Both the position numbers and the translations under genes were made by a program. DNA of 64,000 bases from Myxococcota bacterium. GTDB taxonomy: Bacteria; Myxococcota_A; UBA9160; UBA6930. The notes beneath the pieces were generated by a model. That model worked only from the letters and a program-made list of their open reading frames with translations, was not told where the DNA came from and did not search any database. Shown in pieces: positions 59,310 through 64,000 of this stretch; within the stretch, counting starts at the first letter, position 1; every line of letters starts with the position of its first letter. The stretch lies in assembly GCA_965223415.1 (NCBI GenBank), contig OZ245002.1, positions 3,872,001 to 3,936,000 of the forward strand. Reading direction: 5' to 3'.

Positions 59310-60598
59310 TCAGCCGCCCGGCGCGACGTCGAAGCATGCCCGGTAGCGCGCGAAGGCGGCCCGGAGCTCCTGCGGGTCGGCGCCCAGGCCGTCGAGCGGG
59401 TAGGCGTGCCCGCCGTAGCGATTCGCCGGATTCTCGCCGAGGGCCTTCGCCATGGCGGCTTCGGTGTCCGCATTCCAGGGCCGCTGGAAGCGGGTGTAGA
59501 GCCCGCGCACGACCGCGAGCGCGTCCCGCTGGAAGTCCTCGAAGTGGCTGTGATGCACCCGCGCCTCGGGCAGGAGCCCCGCCTCCGTCCAGTCCACCAG
59601 GGCCTCGAAGGTCGCGCAGTAGCGCCGCAGGTGGCCCTCGGCGATCGCGTCTCCCTCGACCACGTCGCTGTGGGCCCAGCGGAGGTTGGCGATCAGCTGG
59701 TCAGGGACGCCAGCAAGGTGGGCGGGTCCCGGTGTGTGACGGCGATGCGCGCGTCCGGGTAGATGGCCAGCAGCGTCGGCAGCGAGTGCAGATGGACGGG
59801 GGACTTCAGGACCCAGGCCGACGTGGGACACCGACGTTGGAGCACCTGGAGGACGAGGCGATGCATCCGATAGGCCGGCTCCATGTCGGCGCCGAAGAGC
59901 CAGCGCTCGTAGCTCGGGACGGCGTAGCGCGCCGTGAACTCCTCGGACTGGAAGACCAGGGACATGGCCGAGAGGCACTCCTTCGGTCGTCGTGCCCCGT
60001 ACTCGTGGATGGCCCGCAGCCCGCTCACCACTGTCTGGGGGCCGGCGAGCTCGCGCTCGGCCAGGGCGACCCGCGGATCGTCGTCCGAGGCCTCCGGGTC
60101 ACTCCGTGGAGGGGGCACCGGGCGCAGCAGCTCCCAGCCGAGGGGCACCCGGTGGCGCGGATCGGCGGCGAGCAGGGTGTGGAGGATGGTCGTCCCCGTC
60201 CGGGGCGCACCGGCGACGAAGAGCGGCGCGTCGATGGCCTCGTCCACGACGCCCGGGTCGCCGTCCAGGTACGCGAGGAGCTGCAGTCGCACCTCCAGGA
60301 GCCGCAGCAGGAAGCGCCGCGTGAGGAGGCGCCCGACCTGCGTGAGGCGCGCCTCCTCCTCGAGGGCCGTGGTGAGCAGGCCCAGGTTCCCGATCGCCGG
60401 CTCCGCTTCGAAGCCGGGCCGCCCGAAGGCGGCGCGCAGCTCGGAGGGCGAGCGCGCGTCCCGGCCCTGCCGGGCAGCCGCCTCCGCCAGCAGCGCGTCG
60501 CGTTGGAGCGGCAGCGCGGCCTCCTCCGCCACCGGGCCCGCCTCGGCCGCGTTCAGGGCCACCACCCAGTCGGGACGCGCGGGCGGCTCCCAGCTCAC
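59310..60598 (-). pseudogene. Sulfotransferase with a single frameshift near 59695 (pseudogene or sequence error)
   Basis: GAPRTGTT...WVLKSPVH...THRDP..LASLTS then TGA; adding one C gives LTSLIANLRWAHSD, which continues to the stop at 59310. Confidence 0.85.
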
Positions 60599-61785
60599 GT
60601 CCGGAAGCGCCACGCGAGGTGGCTCTTGCGCCGCCGGATCTCCTCGCGGCGGGCCGCCGCGTCGACCTCCGGCGTGTCCCCGGGCAGCGCGTCGCGCAGC
60701 TCGGCGCGGGGAAGCGTCCGGACCTTCGGGGTCGGGTCGCTCTCGGCCCAGAACCAGCGGTAGGTCAGGATCCCGCTTCGGTGGCCGGCGGTGTCGAGCC
60801 AGTTCGGCACGCGCGGATCCTCGTGGGCCAGGACGAATCGCACACGCCCGTCGCCGCCCACCACGGCCTGGTGCTGGTTGATCGACGTCACCCGGTGGAC
60901 GGGCTCGATCGGCTCGAACCAGCCGAGGCTCGCGATCTGCAGCCCCCAGTATCGCGCTCGGGGCACGTCCGTCTCGATCAGGAGCGCCTGCTCGGGACCC
61001 AGATCCCAGAACAGGAAGCCGTAGCGGGCGTCCGAGAGCACCTTCGCGACGGTTCCGTGCATCGTGAAGGTGTTGTCCGCGGCCTCCGCGCGATGCTGCT
61101 GGAGGTATTCGTTCCAGCCGAGCATCGAGCGCTCGACCTGCTCGAGCGCATGGTCGAGCTGCGCCGCGATCCGCTCCGGCCCGGGCGGGGGCGGGGCGCC
61201 CTTGGGGTCGAGGCATTCGATGGTGAACACGGCCGGCTCGGCCGGCTGCCAGTCGACGTAGAACTCCCGCAGGGAGACCGTGGTGACGTCCTCGGGAATC
61301 GCCGTCCAGCCCGGCTCGCTGCCATTGCCGCCCAGCAGGATCTCGAAGTCGTCGCCCGGGCCGAGGCCGAGGTCGACCGAGGAGATCGCCTTCTTCGTTC
61401 CCCACTCCTTCATGTGCATGAAACCCACCCGCAGCGTCAGCGCGAAGTGCTCGCAACTGTGCATGCGCCCGCGAATTCGATACCGGTGCTTCGGGTCGAT
61501 CCGCGCGTGGTGGTAGGCGTTGTCCTGGTTCGGGCCGCCCCATTGGGTGAAGAGGTCGTTCGAGCGGTGGAAGAAGGGTGCGCTCGTGTCCGCGTGGGCG
61601 AGCGCCCAGCCGAGCCAGCAGGAGACCTGGTCGGCGAGGTGGGCGACGCCCTCCGAGACGTCGCGGGGCTCGTTCGGGAATTCGTCCTCCAGCAGACGCT
61701 CGCCGAGGGCCTCCACGCGCCGGCAGAAGCGCTTCCAGGCTCGGACGTCCTCGGGGAGCGAAGGCGCGGGCCCCCTCTCGCTCAT
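60595..61785 (-). CDS. DUF1214-like protein
   Basis: WGGPNQDNAY; AHEDPRVPNWLDTAG...YRW; GTGA overlap with the sulfotransferase. Confidence 0.8.
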   Translation of the reverse strand: MSERGPAPSLPEDVRAWKRFCRRVEALGERLLEDEFPNEPRDVSEGVAHLADQVSCWLGWALAHADTSAPFFHRSNDLFTQWGGPNQDNAYHHARIDPKHRYRIRGRMHSCEHFALTLRVGFMHMKEWGTKKAISSVDLGLGPGDDFEILLGGNGSEPGWTAIPEDVTTVSLREFYVDWQPAEPAVFTIECLDPKGAPPPPGPERIAAQLDHALEQVERSMLGWNEYLQQHRAEAADNTFTMHGTVAKVLSDARYGFLFWDLGPEQALLIETDVPRARYWGLQIASLGWFEPIEPVHRVTSINQHQAVVGGDGRVRFVLAHEDPRVPNWLDTAGHRSGILTYRWFWAESDPTPKVRTLPRAELRDALPGDTPEVDAAARREEIRRRKSHLAWRFRT

Positions 61786-62570
61786 GCCCGCATCACGCCG
61801 CCGCCGTCGACCATGAAGGTCTGGCCGGTCACGTAGCGGCTCGCGTCCGACAGCAGGAAGGCCACCACCGGCGCGATGTCCGCCTCCGGGTCTCCGTCGC
61901 GGCCGAGTGGGTGGTCCTTGTACATCTCGGCGAAGGCCGCGGCGCGCTGGCCGTCATCGTCCGCGACCGCCATGCGGTGGGCCACGGAAGCCGGGCAGAC
62001 GCAGTTCACCGTGATTCCGAACTCGCCCCACTCGCGGGCGGCGGTCCGGGTGAGAGAGCGGGTCCCCTCCTTCGCCGCCGAGTAGGGGCCGTAGCCCGGC
62101 GCCCCCGTCAGGCCCATGGCGGAGCCCATCGTCACGATGCGCCCGCGGCCGAGGGCCTGCATGTGGGGAAGCACCGCCTGCATCAGCCAGAGCGTGCCCT
62201 TCGGCCCCGTGTCCAGGACGCGATCGATGTCTTCGGGCCGGACATCCGCCAGCTTCGTGACGGGACGCAGGGATTGGGCGTTCGCGACGAGGCCGTCGAT
62301 CCGGCCGAAGGCGTCGATCGCGGTCGCCGCGACGGCGCGGCTGGCCTCCGGATCGGCGACGTCCGCGACCCTCGTACGATGGGGCGCGCCCAGGGCACGG
62401 AGCTCCTCGCCCAGCCGCTCGAGACGCTCCTGCTTGCGCCCGGTGATCGTCAGCTGGACGCCGGCCCTCGCGAGCACGCGCGCCAGGCCGAGGCCGATGC
62501 CCCGCGTCCCACCCGTCAGGACGACGCTTCGACCCGCCAGGTCGCCCGGGATCACGGAGAGGTCCTCCAC
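61782..62570 (-). CDS. Short-chain dehydrogenase/reductase
   Basis: TGGTRGIG, YSAAKEG, YVTGQ...VDGG. Confidence 0.92.
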   Translation of the reverse strand: MEDLSVIPGDLAGRSVVLTGGTRGIGLGLARVLARAGVQLTITGRKQERLERLGEELRALGAPHRTRVADVADPEASRAVAATAIDAFGRIDGLVANAQSLRPVTKLADVRPEDIDRVLDTGPKGTLWLMQAVLPHMQALGRGRIVTMGSAMGLTGAPGYGPYSAAKEGTRSLTRTAAREWGEFGITVNCVCPASVAHRMAVADDDGQRAAAFAEMYKDHPLGRDGDPEADIAPVVAFLLSDASRYVTGQTFMVDGGGVMRA

Positions 62571-62588
62571 GGCCGCACGATACCGCGC

Positions 62589-63380
62589 CTACGCGACGGG
62601 CGCGGCGGCGATCCGGACCAGAGCGGTCGAGGTGAGGGCGTCGTCTCGACCGCGGTCCCGCTGCGTCACGCAGAGCATCCCGGCAGCGGGCTCGCCGATC
62701 CAGTGGGCCTCGCTCTCCACGGGTCCGATGGAGGCCGCAGCCAGGTAGCGAAGATCGAGCTCGGTCACGACGGCCGGGCCCTCGGCTGCGTGCTCGGCGA
62801 GGGCCAGCGAGGCGCACTCGGCGAGGAGGGCGACGAGGGCGCCCTGGAGCACGCCCTCGGGGTTCAGCAGCGCTTCGCGAAGCGCCAGGCGGACCGCACC
62901 GCGCGTCGCGTCGACCGTCTCGACGCCGACCTCCTCGTCGAGGGGGCGTTCCAGGGGGTGGAAGGGGATCTGCTCCGGCGTCGCGAGCGTGCGCCGATCC
63001 GGCACGGGTCCGCTGCGGGCCCGGCGCAGGAACGTCGTCTGCCCGTAGGCGTGCATGCCTTCGCCGGATTCCAGGCGGACCTCCGTCGTGACCAGCCGGC
63101 GGCCGACGCGAAGCGGGGTGGCGTGGGCGATCACCTTCGCGGGCACGCCCGGCCGCGGGACGCGCAGGGAGAGGTCCGTCGTGAAGGTAGCGTCGGTACC
63201 GGCGGCCTCCCGGGCCGTGAATCCGCCCACCAGGTCGACCGCCGATGCGAGCACCGTCGCGCGCAGGGCGCCGTTCCGGCAGACCTGCGGGTAGGGCTCG
63301 ACCCGCAGCGGGGTCCGTGCGACGCCCGTTCGCGAGAATCCGTAGCGGGTGAAGAGCGGAGGCGTCCGGTCCGCGGTCAA
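62589..63380 (-). CDS. Double hot-dog fold (PaaI-like) thioesterase
   Basis: NGALRA...VD, FTTDLSL, LLNPEGVLQGALVALLAE. Confidence 0.8.
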   Translation of the reverse strand: MTADRTPPLFTRYGFSRTGVARTPLRVEPYPQVCRNGALRATVLASAVDLVGGFTAREAAGTDATFTTDLSLRVPRPGVPAKVIAHATPLRVGRRLVTTEVRLESGEGMHAYGQTTFLRRARSGPVPDRRTLATPEQIPFHPLERPLDEEVGVETVDATRGAVRLALREALLNPEGVLQGALVALLAECASLALAEHAAEGPAVVTELDLRYLAAASIGPVESEAHWIGEPAAGMLCVTQRDRGRDDALTSTALVRIAAAPVA

Positions 63381-64000
63381 CGCTTCGGCACGTCCGGAGT
63401 GGGGGTCGGGTAGCGGCAGGCGATGCCGCCGTCGACGGGGACGACGACGCCCGTCACGTAGCTCGCCTCGTCGGAGGCGAGGAAGAGGGCGACGTTCGCG
63501 ATCTCCTCCGGCGCGCCGAGCCGGCGCAGGGGCACGCCCTCCTCCATGCGCTGCCTCAGGCCTTCCACGGAGTCGAGGTACGAGGCGAAGCCCTCGGAGG
63601 CGATCGGCCCCGGCGAGATCACGTTGGCGCGGATGCCATGGGGGCCGTACTCCTCCGCCACGCTCTTGGCGAGGTTCACGACGCCGGCCTTGGCCATTCC
63701 GTACGCCGCGAGTCCCGGCACCGCGCCGAGCCCCGCACCGGACGTGGTGATGAGGATGCAGCCGGACCTGCGCGGCAGCATCACCCGGAGCGCCGCGCGG
63801 GTTCCGAAGAAGACGCCGTCGAGGTTCAACGCCAGGGTCGCGCGGTACTCGTCGTCGCGGAGGCCCTCGGTGGGCTGCGGGAGTGCGCCACCCGCGTTGC
63901 TGAACATGACGTCGAGTCGCCCGAAGTCGTTCACCGCCCGGTCGACGAGCCCGTCGACTTGCGCCGAGTCGGTGACGTCGGCGGGATGGCAGATCGCGTT
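63377..64000 (-). CDS. Short-chain dehydrogenase/reductase; 5' end outside the window
   Basis: FGRLDVMFSNAG, YGMAKAG, YVTG...VDGG. Confidence 0.92.
   Translation of the reverse strand, partial: NAICHPADVTDSAQVDGLVDRAVNDFGRLDVMFSNAGGALPQPTEGLRDDEYRATLALNLDGVFFGTRAALRVMLPRRSGCILITTSGAGLGAVPGLAAYGMAKAGVVNLAKSVAEEYGPHGIRANVISPGPIASEGFASYLDSVEGLRQRMEEGVPLRRLGAPEEIANVALFLASDEASYVTGVVVPVDGGIACRYPTPTPDVPKR

Overview
High-GC bacterial chromosome segment; gene content suggests a Myxococcota/deltaproteobacterial-type lipid and aromatic degrader (inference only). The main finding is a ~9 kb accessory island directly after tRNA-Pro(TGG) (2275-2350). It holds a three-gene Lamassu / ABC-three-component-type defence operon (Cap4-like nuclease, small middle component, SMC/Rad50-like ATPase) hidden by two IS insertions: IS5 in the nuclease gene and IS630 in the ATPase gene. 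Removing each IS plus one target duplication restores uninterrupted frames of about 390 and 624 aa. The island also has an intact IS3 without a target duplication and a probable IS3 end remnant. The rest is mostly metabolic: DUF3604, a large metallophosphoesterase lipoprotein, APH-like kinases, crotonases, three DUF1214-like genes (two coupled to sulfotransferases), an Ltp2-like thiolase-fold/DUF35 pair, PiT/DUF47, tkt, a stand-alone dnaE2, dinB, pepF, amidohydrolases and an Lrp-linked phhA-hppD-hmgA-fahA operon. Smaller signals: a dispersed non-palindromic 33-39 bp repeat at gene 3' ends, a TetR gene scrambled by an inversion bounded by 7-bp inverted repeats, an internally deleted secreted-protein pseudogene ending in a CGLG-TM-basic tail, a candidate SOS box at dnaE2, and several leaderless-type promoters. 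All family calls are by motif recognition; no database searches were run.
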